A stretch of 64,000 nucleotides of DNA from Dehalococcoidia bacterium (GCA_041653995.1 JBAZEK010000001.1:1030613-1094612); one strand, 5' to 3'. Counted from the first letter of the stretch, positions 9,685-19,104 are shown. The notes: generated by a model not told the origin, from the sequence alone. Translations and numbers: made by a program.

Positions 9685-10050
9685 ATGGTAATATATTCAG
9701 GGAGTAATCATTTGGCTGAATTGAAATTGGACCGGGTCACGCTGTATGAGTTTCATGCTCAGTTCTGCAAGACGCTGGCTGACGCCAATCGTTTGCTGAT
9801 CATCGCAGAACTTGTCGGTGGAGAGAAGTCTGTGACCGATCTGGCGCACAATCTGGGCCTCGGTCAGTCCAATGTGTCGAAGCACCTGGCGCTGATGAGG
9901 GAGCGCGGACTGGTGGAAACCAGGCGTGACGGCGCGTCCATCTACTACTCACTGTCGGACCCCAGAATCTTTAAGGCTATTGAACTGCTGGTGCAGGTTC
10001 AAACCGAACAGGTTGCCAGAAGGCATAGCCTTGCGCAGCACAGCCGCTGA
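9685..10050 (+). CDS. ArsR/SmtB-family metalloregulator-type transcriptional repressor
   Basis: 121 aa; winged HTH LAHNLGLGQSNVSKHLALMRERGLV. Confidence 0.8.
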   Translation: MVIYSGSNHLAELKLDRVTLYEFHAQFCKTLADANRLLIIAELVGGEKSVTDLAHNLGLGQSNVSKHLALMRERGLVETRRDGASIYYSLSDPRIFKAIELLVQVQTEQVARRHSLAQHSR

Positions 10051-10116
10051 CGCCGTACGGCGTAGTATCAGCTATGAACGTTGGATTTTAATCAAAAGTT
10101 AAGGAGGCTATTCGAA

Positions 10117-10596
10117 ATGGATAACCAGGCAGACGGGGTGACCATAATAGTAATGAGTGGCGACATGGATAAGATAATAGCTGCGTTCAATATCTCCATT
10201 GGCGCCGCAGCTCTGGGCAAAGAAGCTAATATGTTTTTCACATTCTGGGGCATCAAGGCCATTCAGAAGGGCAACCTGACCGGAGACAGTTTCTTCGGCA
10301 AGATGATGGGGCTTCTGAACCGCGGCGGCATTGATCGCATCGGCCCCTCCCGCTTCAACTTCTGGGGCATGGGGAAATGGATGTTCAACCAGATGATGAA
10401 AATGCATAAGATCACACCCATAGCCGAGCTGCGTCAAACCGCCATCGACCTGGGAGTCAAGCTTCTACCCTGCCAGATGAGTATGGAAGTAATGGAAATC
10501 AAAAAAGAGGATCTCATCGACGAGGCCCAGCCTGCCTGCGGTGTGGCCACCATGCTGGAAATGGCCTACCGCTCCAAGGCGACCCTCTTTATTTAA
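10117..10596 (+). CDS. DsrE/DsrF-like family protein (DsrE2-type)
   Basis: ATG 10117 nine nt after AAGGAGG; TIIVMSGDMDK...MFFTFWG pattern of DsrE2-like proteins that sit next to TusA. Confidence 0.6.
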   Translation: MDNQADGVTIIVMSGDMDKIIAAFNISIGAAALGKEANMFFTFWGIKAIQKGNLTGDSFFGKMMGLLNRGGIDRIGPSRFNFWGMGKWMFNQMMKMHKITPIAELRQTAIDLGVKLLPCQMSMEVMEIKKEDLIDEAQPACGVATMLEMAYRSKATLFI

Positions 10597-10606
10597 GGAG
10601 CATATT

Positions 10607-11059
10607 ATGTCAGTAGAAAATGAAGTAGTAATGACGCTTAACCTGGAAGGTCTCCTCTGTCCCATCCCGGTAGTTAAAGTCAGCAAAGCAATGCAGGACC
10701 TTCCCGTCGGGGGCGTGCTGGAAGCGACGGCCACCGACCCGGGCGTGCTTGCCGACATCCCCGCCTGGGCGCGCACCACCGGCAACGAGGTCATCAAGAT
10801 CGAACGAGAAGGCAAGCTGGTCAAATTTCAGATCCGAAGATTGAAATATTATACCCGCCATGATCGATCTATCGTTGGCTGTTCTCCTGGTCTCGTTGGC
10901 CGTTGCCCTGGCAGGCGTGGCGGTATGGATTTACCAGCTCTTCTCCAGGCCGAGCGCGTGCGATCCATCGCCCGGCAAGGGTTCGGACAAGCTGGGAGTA
11001 CTGTATGCCTTTACACTTGGCATGCTGCCGTGGAAGAAGGAAAGCGCCGGCCTGCATAA
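10607..11059 (+). CDS. TusA-like sulfurtransferase (CPxP motif); reading frame runs on without stop into next gene
   Basis: ATG 10607 after AAGGAG; N-terminal 80 aa is a canonical TusA fold signature (LNLEGLLCPIPVVKVSKAM...); expected stop near 10850 absent, frame continues 70 codons overlapping 10860..11504. Confidence 0.7.
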   Translation: MSVENEVVMTLNLEGLLCPIPVVKVSKAMQDLPVGGVLEATATDPGVLADIPAWARTTGNEVIKIEREGKLVKFQIRRLKYYTRHDRSIVGCSPGLVGRCPGRRGGMDLPALLQAERVRSIARQGFGQAGSTVCLYTWHAAVEEGKRRPA

Positions 11060-11504
11060 AATAGTCTATCTAAGGGGTATCTGCTTTCACATCGGCATTT
11101 TCGCCGGTATAGTGGCGCTAATACTTAGTATCTTCGGCATAGCGGCCGGCAGCACGTTGAACCTGGTGCTGAGCATACTGATGTGGATCGGCGCCGTTGC
11201 AGGCGTTACAGCAATAATATCACGCGCAACCGAAGCCAACCTGAGGGGGATCAGCCGCCCCGACGATTACATCTCGCCCGCGTTGATCACGCTCTTTATG
11301 TCCATGGGCGCGCTGCACGCCATGAACCTCGTCGATACCGTGTATTTTTATGCTGCCGCCAGCGTGCTGTGCCTTTACCTCCCCTGGAGCAAGGTCCGGC
11401 ACTGCGTTTACTTCTTCTTCATGCGCGGTAAGATCGGCGCGATGATGGGCCATCGAGGTCTGCTGGGCACGACGCAACGACAGACGAGGAAAGGAACACC
11501 ATGA
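10860..11504 (+). CDS. polytopic membrane protein, possibly NarI/DsrM/HdrE-like cytochrome b subunit
   Basis: 214 aa, about 5 TM helices; His pair 11 residues apart in TM2 (LHKIVYLRGICFH) reminiscent of di-haem NarI fold; 4-nt overlap with downstream Fe-S gene. Confidence 0.4.
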   Translation: MIDLSLAVLLVSLAVALAGVAVWIYQLFSRPSACDPSPGKGSDKLGVLYAFTLGMLPWKKESAGLHKIVYLRGICFHIGIFAGIVALILSIFGIAAGSTLNLVLSILMWIGAVAGVTAIISRATEANLRGISRPDDYISPALITLFMSMGALHAMNLVDTVYFYAAASVLCLYLPWSKVRHCVYFFFMRGKIGAMMGHRGLLGTTQRQTRKGTP

Positions 11505-12790
11505 GCGACAACGACACAGCCACATTAACACCGGCGAATCCGGCATCTACGGACGCCGATATGCTTGATAAGCAGCTGACCAGAGAGGTTGAAGCTGCGC
11601 TGGGCGGCTGCGTACGCTGCGGCCTCTGCGCCGAGTCCTGCCATTACTACTCCGCCCAGCCTCAACTTCAGAATATGCCCGTCTACCGGGGTGAGGCCGT
11701 GAGAAAATTTTTCCGCCAGGCCGGCAGCCGGGCGAAGGGATTATTTCATCGGCCTGCAAAGGCGAAAACCGATGTATCGTCCCTTGACACGCTGGCGGAT
11801 ATGGCCTTCGGCAAGTGCACCCTTTGCCGCCGCTGCACGGTGAACTGCCCTGTGGGAGTGGATACGGCGGCGCTCATGCGTACCGCACGCGCCATCGCCA
11901 CGGCCTCCGGCAAAGCGCCGGAGATACTGGTCCAGCTCGCCGATGCGGCCATCAGCCGCGGGGAGAACATGGAGCTCTTTCGCGATATGTTGCTGGACCG
12001 TTTCAAAGAGCTTGAGGTCGAGACACGCAACAAGATCAATGATCCCGCTTTTTCGATTCCCGTGGGTAAAAAAGGCGCCGATATGCTGTTCGTAGGCCTC
12101 TCGGGCGAGCACAGCATAGTGCCCCCCGCCATATTGTTTCATTACGCCGGGGCAAACTGGACACTCAGCCTGTTTGAGGCGTCCAATTATGGCTCATTCC
12201 TGGGCGACAGCGAGAGATCGAAAAAAATAGCTCAACGCATAATCGACGAAGCCGGAGACCTTGGTGTGAAAGAGGTTGTGATCGGCGAGTGCGGCCACGC
12301 ATATACGGTGCTGCGCTGGGAGGCGCCCAAGTGGTTCAAAAAAGCGCTGCCGTTTCGTGTCAGGAGCCTGATAGAGGTGCTGGCCGAGTGGATACAGAGC
12401 GGGCGGCTGATCCTCAATCCCGAGGCCAATCCCGATCCTGTCACATATCATGATTCCTGCAACCTGGGCCGCAACGGCGGCCTTCTGGAGGAGCCACGCG
12501 TTGTGCTGCGCGCTGCAGTCAAGGATTTCCGCGAGATGTACCCCAACAGGGAGGAAAGCTATTGCTGCGGAGGAGGCAGCGGCATGGTGGCCGTTTCCGA
12601 ATGGGAAGAACGGCGCATGCTGGCGGGCTTGCCTAAAGCCAGGCAGATCAAGGCCACCGGCGCTAAAATCGTTGTCGCTTCCTGCGACAACTGCCGTATC
12701 CAGCTTGGCGAGCTCAACGAGCGCTACAACCTGGGCATCAAAGTGACCGGCCTGGCCGACCTGGTTGTGAACGCCGTCGTCAAAAAATAG
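11501..12790 (+). CDS. HdrD/DsrK/GlpC-like iron-sulfur protein (two 4Fe-4S ferredoxin motifs + two CCG domains)
   Basis: 429 aa; CVRCGLCAESCHYY and CTLCRRCTVNCPV cluster motifs; C-terminal cysteine-rich CCG repeats (ECGHAY...; YHDSCNLGR...; CCGGGSG). Confidence 0.75.
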   Translation: MSDNDTATLTPANPASTDADMLDKQLTREVEAALGGCVRCGLCAESCHYYSAQPQLQNMPVYRGEAVRKFFRQAGSRAKGLFHRPAKAKTDVSSLDTLADMAFGKCTLCRRCTVNCPVGVDTAALMRTARAIATASGKAPEILVQLADAAISRGENMELFRDMLLDRFKELEVETRNKINDPAFSIPVGKKGADMLFVGLSGEHSIVPPAILFHYAGANWTLSLFEASNYGSFLGDSERSKKIAQRIIDEAGDLGVKEVVIGECGHAYTVLRWEAPKWFKKALPFRVRSLIEVLAEWIQSGRLILNPEANPDPVTYHDSCNLGRNGGLLEEPRVVLRAAVKDFREMYPNREESYCCGGGSGMVAVSEWEERRMLAGLPKARQIKATGAKIVVASCDNCRIQLGELNERYNLGIKVTGLADLVVNAVVKK

Positions 12791-12833
12791 TTCCAGTGGG
12801 CCTTTTCTCTCCCTGCATTGCCGGCGCTTATTA

Positions 12834-12915
12834 GTCATTGCGAGGAACGTAGTGACGAAGCAATCCTGTACGTGATTGCGTATACACAAGATTGCCACGC
12901 TTCGCTCGCAATGAC
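12834..12915. repeat. MITE-like palindromic element, copy A (11-bp terminal inverted repeats GTCATTGCGAG/CTCGCAATGAC)
   Basis: 82 bp in 3' intergenic region; left 36 bp nearly identical to copy B at 16884. Confidence 0.6.
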
Positions 12916-12988
12916 GAGGAGAGAAACGCTGGCAACGACGTCTCGGCAAATACACCTCTTAACAGCGCCGTATGTTATCATTTGAGAC

Positions 12989-13720
12989 GTGGAATCCATT
13001 CCCCTCCTCAAGTACCTTGTGGAAGCCGGAATCGGCGCCAGGCGCCAGGTAGTAGCCGCCATCAAGATCGGCCGCGTATCAGTCAACGGGAAGCAGGCCG
13101 AGAGCTATACCATGCCGGTCTATCCGCAGGCGGACAGGATCACCTTCGACGGTAAACCCGTCGCGTTCCACAGCCGTGCCAGAATCGTCCTTATGCTGCA
13201 CAAACCGCTGAACCTGCTGACTACCACTAGCGACGACCGCGGCAGGCAGACTGTGCTCGATATCCTCCCAGCCGAGTACCGCGGACTGGGCCTGTATCCT
13301 GTGGGAAGACTGGACCACGATACCACCGGGCTGCTACTTCTGACCAATGACGGCAACCTTACCTACCGCCTGACGCATCCCCGCTTCGAGCTGGGCAAGG
13401 AATACTTTGTGCACATAGAAGGTACGCTGAGCCGGCAGGAAAAAGAGCTGCTGGAAAAAGGCGTGATGCTGGACGACGGCATCACAGCGCCCGCCGGAGT
13501 GAAGGAGATCGGCTACGAGCCGCCCTACAATTACAGCATCACCATCCACGAAGGGCGCAACCGCCAGGTCAGGCGCATGTTCGCCCATCTCGGATATACC
13601 GTCAAATCCTTAAAACGTGTCAGGATGGGGAATCTCCGGCTGGGCGACCTGGCTGAAGGAAGCTTCAGAAGACTCTCTGCACAGGAGATCGCATCGGCCC
13701 TGCGCCAGCACAAACAATAG
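12989..13720 (+). CDS. RsuA/RluB-family pseudouridine synthase (S4 domain + catalytic domain)
   Basis: 243 aa; N-terminal S4 (LKYLVEAGIGARRQVVAAIKIGRVSVNGK), catalytic GRLDHDTTGLLLLTNDG. Confidence 0.8.
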   Translation: MESIPLLKYLVEAGIGARRQVVAAIKIGRVSVNGKQAESYTMPVYPQADRITFDGKPVAFHSRARIVLMLHKPLNLLTTTSDDRGRQTVLDILPAEYRGLGLYPVGRLDHDTTGLLLLTNDGNLTYRLTHPRFELGKEYFVHIEGTLSRQEKELLEKGVMLDDGITAPAGVKEIGYEPPYNYSITIHEGRNRQVRRMFAHLGYTVKSLKRVRMGNLRLGDLAEGSFRRLSAQEIASALRQHKQ

Positions 13721-13837
13721 CACGCTCGAGTTCATAATCATTGACGGGTAAGTCAATGATGTGCAGCCGTTGCCCTGTTGGTGTACAATATGCAGGGTTT
13801 TGCTCGCAACTAATTAAAATAAGGAGTGTGATTCAAT

Positions 13838-14779
13838 ATGGGTGACAGGCTAAAGGGCAAGGTAGCAATCGTTACGGGTTCCGGACGCGGCATCGGCCGT
13901 GCCGAGGCCATGGCGCTGGCCGCTGAGGGCGCCAAGGTTGTTGTCAACGACCTCGGCGCAGCTTCAGACGGCTCCGGCAAATCGGCCAGCCCGGCGGAGG
14001 AAGTCTGCCAGGAGATCAAGAAGCTGGGCGGCGAGGCCGTACCCAATTTTGATTCTGTGGCCACCTGGGCCGGCGGCGAGAATATCGTAAAGACCGCTAT
14101 CGATAAATTCGGCCGCATCGACATCCTGGTCAATAACGCGGGCATCCTGCGCGACCGCATGCTCTTCAACATGAGCGAGGACGAGTGGGATATTATTCTC
14201 AAAATACATCTATATGGCCATTTTTACTGTGCCAGGGCTGCTTCTCCCTATATGCGCCAGCAGCGCTGGGGGCGCATCATCAACACCTCATCCATCGCCG
14301 GCCTGGGCAATATGGGCCAGACCAACTACAGCGCAGCCAAAGAGGGCATCGTCGGATTCACCCGCTCGGCGGCTCTGGATCTGGGCAAATACGGCATAAC
14401 CTGCAATGCCATCCGTCCCAATGCAGCCACGCGCATGACGGTTACACCCGAGCTCAAGGCCGCCTGGGAGAAGAGGGCCGCAGCGGCGGGCATCACCGAT
14501 AAGGCGCAGTTCGAGGCCATGATCAGCCAGATGTTCGCCTCCAAACCTGAGAATATCGCCCCTGTAGTGGTTTTCCTCTGCACGGACGAGGCTGCCAACA
14601 TCAACGGCAGGACCCTCTTTATCAACCTCAACCAGGTCGGCCTGTATTCAGAGCCTGCCCTGATCAAGGAGATCAATAAGGCCGAAGGCTTCTGGTCTGT
14701 TGATGAACTGGTCAAAGAGATCCCGGGCAAGCTGACCGGCGACCTGGTGAATCCGGCGCCGCCTCAGCCGGCCAAATAA
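13838..14779 (+). CDS. short-chain dehydrogenase/reductase (MFE-2/HSD17B4 N-terminal-like SDR)
   Basis: 313 aa; KVAIVTGSGRGIGRAEA Rossmann motif, NNAG, YSAAK catalytic Tyr-Lys. Confidence 0.85.
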   Translation: MGDRLKGKVAIVTGSGRGIGRAEAMALAAEGAKVVVNDLGAASDGSGKSASPAEEVCQEIKKLGGEAVPNFDSVATWAGGENIVKTAIDKFGRIDILVNNAGILRDRMLFNMSEDEWDIILKIHLYGHFYCARAASPYMRQQRWGRIINTSSIAGLGNMGQTNYSAAKEGIVGFTRSAALDLGKYGITCNAIRPNAATRMTVTPELKAAWEKRAAAAGITDKAQFEAMISQMFASKPENIAPVVVFLCTDEAANINGRTLFINLNQVGLYSEPALIKEINKAEGFWSVDELVKEIPGKLTGDLVNPAPPQPAK

Positions 14780-14799
14780 ACCGCTCAAACAGATAAGCT

Positions 14800-14840
14800 A
14801 AACAGAAGGGCATCACCCTAAAAGATGCCCTTCTGTTATA
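14800..14840 (+). terminator. rho-independent terminator-like hairpin downstream of SDR gene
   Basis: AACAGAAGGGCATC-loop-GATGCCCTTCTGTT followed by TTATAAT. Confidence 0.5.
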
Positions 14841-14884
14841 ATCTCCTTTAACAAGCGCCGGCAGGCTTCAATCAGAGGTTGAAA

Positions 14885-16351
14885 ATGACTGATTTCATCG
14901 TGCAGGACAGCCGACGTCAGCTCTGGATCGTCATAAGCGTGGCATTTGCAGCGTTTATGGCGGCGCTGGATACCTATATTGTCAACGTGGCCCTGCCCAC
15001 CATAGCGTCGGATTTCAATGCCAGCCCCACCGATGCGGCGCTCATCACGCTTTCATATCTGCTGGTCATCACCAGCACCCTGCTTATCTTCGGTAAGATC
15101 GGGGAGAGGACAGGCTTCAAAGTCGTGTTTGTCGCCGGATTCGCCCTGTTCGCCGTCGGCTCTTTCCTGAGTGGACTGGCTCCCACGCTGTACCTGCTCT
15201 CAGGCGCGCGCTGCATACAGGGATTTGGCGCCGCCATGCTTTACGCCGTGGGGATGGCCATGATAATCAGGTACATACCGCCGGGCAAGCGCGGCTGGGC
15301 TTTCGGCATCACCTCGACCGGGGCCGGTATGGGCGTGATTATAGGCGCGCCCATGGGCGGCTTTATCACGCAGTACCTGGACTGGCACTGGATATTCTGG
15401 TTCAACGTGCCGGTCGGTATCGCCGCCGTCATCGTGGCGCTGAAGGTGATGCCCAACGACCGCGTCCGCCGCAAAAAGGGCGTCAAACTTCCCCCCTTCG
15501 ATATCGCCGGCGCCCTGATGAGCTTTTTCGCGCTGGCGCTCCTTGTGGGAGCTATAAACCGGGGCCAGCAGTTCGGCTGGGACCACTGGGGCATCTGGGG
15601 CTCATTCACTCTCTCCGCCATACTTTTCATAGCGTTCGTACTGTGGGAGAAGAGGTGCCGCGATCCCCTGCTCGACATGTCCCTTTTCAAGTTCGCCAGC
15701 TTCGGCTTCGGATCGTTCGCCGCACTGGCCGCATGGAGTATGTACTCCGGAGGCAACTTCCTCTTCCCCTTCTACCTGACCATGATCCAGGGCCTTTCAT
15801 CCAGCATGATCGGCTCCATCTTCCTTATCAGCTCCGTTGTATATATCGCCACCAGCCTTTACATGGGACGGCTGTCCGACCGGATCGGCAGGCGGGTGCT
15901 ATGCTGCGCCGGCATGATCTCGGCCTGCGCGGCGCTGATTTTCCTGGCGCTGACGATGGGCCTGCCCTCCCTCATTCCCATGATGGTTTATCTGGCATGG
16001 GTCGGCGTATCCATGGGCACATTCGTCTCACCCAATAACAGCCTTATGCTCGGATCCATACCGACAGATAACCAGGGCGAAGCGTCGGCGGCGTCCAGGG
16101 CCATGCAAAACCTGGGCATGGTGCTGGGCGTGGCTATCTTTGAGACCGTGTTCTCGGCCTTCATACCATCCGCCGACCTGGGCTCCGAGCAGGCCGTTGC
16201 AGGTGTGCCCACAAACGTGCTTGTGATGGGCTTCAGCGCCGCATGTTTCGTGGGCGCCGCCATGTGCGTTTTATCCCTCATCCTATCCTGGCTGGCCAAA
16301 GAAGACAGTGCGGCTGCAACGGGCGAAAAGCCCGGGCCCATAGCGATTTAG
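14885..16351 (+). CDS. MFS transporter, DHA2 (14-TMS drug:H+ antiporter) family
   Basis: about 488 aa; ATG 14885 seven nt after AGAGG (TTG 14879 alternative); 14 hydrophobic segments, MFS motif region GRLSDRIGRR. Confidence 0.85.
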   Translation: MTDFIVQDSRRQLWIVISVAFAAFMAALDTYIVNVALPTIASDFNASPTDAALITLSYLLVITSTLLIFGKIGERTGFKVVFVAGFALFAVGSFLSGLAPTLYLLSGARCIQGFGAAMLYAVGMAMIIRYIPPGKRGWAFGITSTGAGMGVIIGAPMGGFITQYLDWHWIFWFNVPVGIAAVIVALKVMPNDRVRRKKGVKLPPFDIAGALMSFFALALLVGAINRGQQFGWDHWGIWGSFTLSAILFIAFVLWEKRCRDPLLDMSLFKFASFGFGSFAALAAWSMYSGGNFLFPFYLTMIQGLSSSMIGSIFLISSVVYIATSLYMGRLSDRIGRRVLCCAGMISACAALIFLALTMGLPSLIPMMVYLAWVGVSMGTFVSPNNSLMLGSIPTDNQGEASAASRAMQNLGMVLGVAIFETVFSAFIPSADLGSEQAVAGVPTNVLVMGFSAACFVGAAMCVLSLILSWLAKEDSAAATGEKPGPIAI

Positions 16352-16378
16352 CGTACCTTTATACAGAGGTTACTTTCG

Positions 16379-16873
16379 ATGCAGGGCTATGAGATAAGAC
16401 GGGTACGGGAGGCGGACCGCAGCACCGTGGTGAGCATCTTCAACTACTTCGTTGAGAACAGCTTCGCTGCCTACCCCGATAAAAAAGTGGGGCCGGAGAT
16501 CTTCGACCTGCTTAAAAATATGAGCAGGGCGGGGGTTTTTTATGTGGCGGAAACGGCAGACAAAGAGGTGATAGGCTTCGCCCTGCTGAGACATCACCAG
16601 GTTGCAGAGGCGTTCAAGCGTGCCGGCGAGATCACCTATTTCATTCTGCCCGGGCACGAACGCAGGGGCCTGGGCTCCCGCTTTATGGAGACCATTATTA
16701 TTGATGCCAGGGCTGCAGGTGTGGAAACGCTACTGGCCAATATATCATCGCTCAACGAGGTGAGCCTAAATTTCCACCTCAAGCACGGATTCAAAGAGTG
16801 CGGAAGCTTCCAGCGCATCGGGCAGAAGTTCGGCCGGGATTTCGACGTCGTCTGGATGCAGAAATTCCTGTAG
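16379..16873 (+). CDS. GNAT-family N-acetyltransferase
   Basis: 164 aa; acetyl-CoA binding motif HERRGLGSRFM. Confidence 0.8.
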   Translation: MQGYEIRRVREADRSTVVSIFNYFVENSFAAYPDKKVGPEIFDLLKNMSRAGVFYVAETADKEVIGFALLRHHQVAEAFKRAGEITYFILPGHERRGLGSRFMETIIIDARAAGVETLLANISSLNEVSLNFHLKHGFKECGSFQRIGQKFGRDFDVVWMQKFL

Positions 16874-16883
16874 GCCGGCGCAC

Positions 16884-16971
16884 GCGTCATTACGAGGAAC
16901 GCAGTGACGAAGCAATCTTGTGCCGTCATGCGCGTGAACAGGATTGCCGCGCCCTCCGGGCTCGCAATGAC
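16884..16971. repeat. MITE-like palindromic element, copy B
   Basis: 88 bp; GTCATTACGAGGAACGCAGTGACGAAGCAATCTTGT ... CTCGCAATGAC; lies between convergent gene ends. Confidence 0.6.
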
Positions 16972-16990
16972 CAATGATGATTAATACTTA

Positions 16991-18259
16991 CTACTTCGAG
17001 CGGAAATCGAAAGGCCCGATTTTAAATTCGTACTGATCTGAGTCCGGCGCCGGTATCCAATCCTGGCCGTCGCCCTGGTCGAACTCATAGTACCCCGGCA
17101 GCCTGTCGGGCCATTCAGCCAGCTCAACCGGCACCGAGAGCTGCTGATCCCCTCTCTGTATAGACAGTGTGACTTTATCCCCCGGCTTCTTGCCGTTGAA
17201 ATAAGAAAGGATATCGTTCACTTTAGCTACAGGTGTATCATCAACCGCCAGGATAATGTCGCCACCCGCCGCAGGCTCGTTTTGTTTATTCCTGCCGCTC
17301 TCCACCAACCCGGCCCTGTCCGCAGGGCTGCCGGTTATAACGCCGACGATGTACACGCCCTTCGTCGCCTTGAGATCCAGCTTGTCCTCCAGGTCTCGGC
17401 TGACGGGCATGCCCTCGATGCCGAGCCAGGGGGCCCTGATGGTGCTGCCCTTGATCAGCTCAGGCAGTACTTTTTTAGCGGTATTGATAGGTACGGCAAA
17501 TCCCACCCCGTTGGCTGTGGCCTCTATAGCAGTATTGATACCGACTACTTCGCCTTTCGAATTGAGCAGCGGGCCGCCGGAATTGCCGGGATTGATTGCG
17601 GCGTCCGTCTGTATGATATCCGTTATATTGCGGCTGTTGGAATTTGGTATGGACCTGCCCGTGCCGCTGATGATGCCGATGGTGATAGAGCCCTGCAGAC
17701 CGTAGGGCGAACCAAGGGCCAACGCCATCTGGCCGGGTTTGACCTCGCTGGAATCTGCCATCACCAGGTATGTCAGGTTCGGCACTTTGGAAGCATCCAC
17801 CTGCAGCAGGGCTACATCGTTATTGAGGTCTGCTCCGATGACCTTTCCCTGGAGCTCGCTGCCGTCGCTGAGCACGATCTTGACGGTGGAAGCCCTGTCC
17901 ACCACGTGGTTATTGGTGAGAATATGGCCTTCCGTATCGATGATGAAGCCCGATCCCTGCCCCCTCATATTGGGTATATCCAGGCCGAAGGGGCCGAGCA
18001 ATTTAGAGGCGATCGTTGTCTCGGATTCCACCTGCACCACGGCCGGTATGCACTTTTCATACAGCGAAACAACCGTGTCTTCATCGTAGAGCGGCGTCAC
18101 CTGCACCGTCGCCGATGAGGAGGGAAGGTTGATGGACTTCTGCTCCGTGGAAACGGATCCCGCGCTGCAGCCGGTAAGCAGGAGCGCAGCAATTAAAAGG
18201 GCAGCGGCCGGCGTTCCGATCATGCTGCGCCGTCCACTGCAAATTTTTAATAAAGACAT
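16991..18259 (-). CDS. HtrA/DegP-family trypsin-like serine protease with PDZ domain
   Basis: 422 aa; GGGAGG RBS; lipoprotein-like signal (LLLTGCSAG); catalytic TNNHVV, D, GNSGGPL; C-terminal PDZ. Confidence 0.9.
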   Translation of the reverse strand: MSLLKICSGRRSMIGTPAAALLIAALLLTGCSAGSVSTEQKSINLPSSSATVQVTPLYDEDTVVSLYEKCIPAVVQVESETTIASKLLGPFGLDIPNMRGQGSGFIIDTEGHILTNNHVVDRASTVKIVLSDGSELQGKVIGADLNNDVALLQVDASKVPNLTYLVMADSSEVKPGQMALALGSPYGLQGSITIGIISGTGRSIPNSNSRNITDIIQTDAAINPGNSGGPLLNSKGEVVGINTAIEATANGVGFAVPINTAKKVLPELIKGSTIRAPWLGIEGMPVSRDLEDKLDLKATKGVYIVGVITGSPADRAGLVESGRNKQNEPAAGGDIILAVDDTPVAKVNDILSYFNGKKPGDKVTLSIQRGDQQLSVPVELAEWPDRLPGYYEFDQGDGQDWIPAPDSDQYEFKIGPFDFRSK

Positions 18260-18294
18260 TTATAACCTCCCGGTATTCGATATCCGTAGTGAGA

Positions 18295-19104
18295 TCAAAG
18301 GTTCTGCGGCCCGAAGAATATCTCGTAGTAGTACATGTTGCCCGCCTCCGGCTCCGTGATACGCTCAACGCGGCCCTGCTCGAGGTCGACCAGCGCCAGC
18401 CAGGTTTTCCCATCGAGCTGCACCGATACGATGGCCTGTGCCGCGGCGGGCGTAACTTTCAGAATGGAGCCTCCGATAACGGACATATTGGAGACGGAGG
18501 AAAAAATAGGGAAGACCCTGTCCACACTTCCACCCCTGTCCATGACACTTTTCATCCTCTCATCCGCAGCGGCGATTTTTATCGCGCCTTCACGCTCATC
18601 CTGGGCCAGCTCCGGCATAAAAAGCCCCTCGTAGCGCCGTGCGCTTACCACCGTTTTGACGTTTATATCCACATCGGCTTCGATTAAATCCCCCATACAT
18701 CGCCCGCAGATGACGCTGGCCATACCGTCCCTCACATCCACGCGCATTATGATGATCTCCCCCGTGCCGTTGAGGCGCTGCTGTATGCCGGGATCCCTTT
18801 TGACCACGTCCGCAGCGACAACCGAGGGCGAGGGGGCGGCCAGATAAAAGGCCAGCGATAGCACGGCGGCCACAACGAAGATGGCCAGGCCGCTGGCGGC
18901 GGCCATCCTCCAGGACGGCGCGCGCAGCCAGTTCAGCCAGCCCTTAAAGATGTTCCCCGGCGATTCCAGGCTTCCGCCCGCTGCCAGAGCTTTCGCATAG
19001 GCACCCTGCAGCAGCACCTTTCGCAGGCTGCTTTTGTGTCCCGCTACCATCAGGTCGGGCAGATCAGTGCTTTCCAGCATCCTGATAAGCGCTTCTTTTT
19101 TCAT
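18295..19104 (-). CDS. putative membrane-spanning anti-sigma factor
   Basis: 269 aa; single central TM helix; located between ECF sigma factor and HtrA in classic envelope-stress arrangement. Confidence 0.5.
   Translation of the reverse strand: MKKEALIRMLESTDLPDLMVAGHKSSLRKVLLQGAYAKALAAGGSLESPGNIFKGWLNWLRAPSWRMAAASGLAIFVVAAVLSLAFYLAAPSPSVVAADVVKRDPGIQQRLNGTGEIIIMRVDVRDGMASVICGRCMGDLIEADVDINVKTVVSARRYEGLFMPELAQDEREGAIKIAAADERMKSVMDRGGSVDRVFPIFSSVSNMSVIGGSILKVTPAAAQAIVSVQLDGKTWLALVDLEQGRVERITEPEAGNMYYYEIFFGPQNL

Noticed and set aside
12194-12955. 253-aa minus-strand ORF overlapping the HdrD-like gene
   Set aside because: Antisense ORF typical of high-GC DNA. The plus-strand gene has clear Fe-S/CCG motifs and the minus ORF has none.
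14879-14884. TTG at 14879 as MFS start (as in ORF track)
   Set aside because: ATG at 14885 has better spacing to the AGAGG Shine-Dalgarno. The choice changes only two residues.
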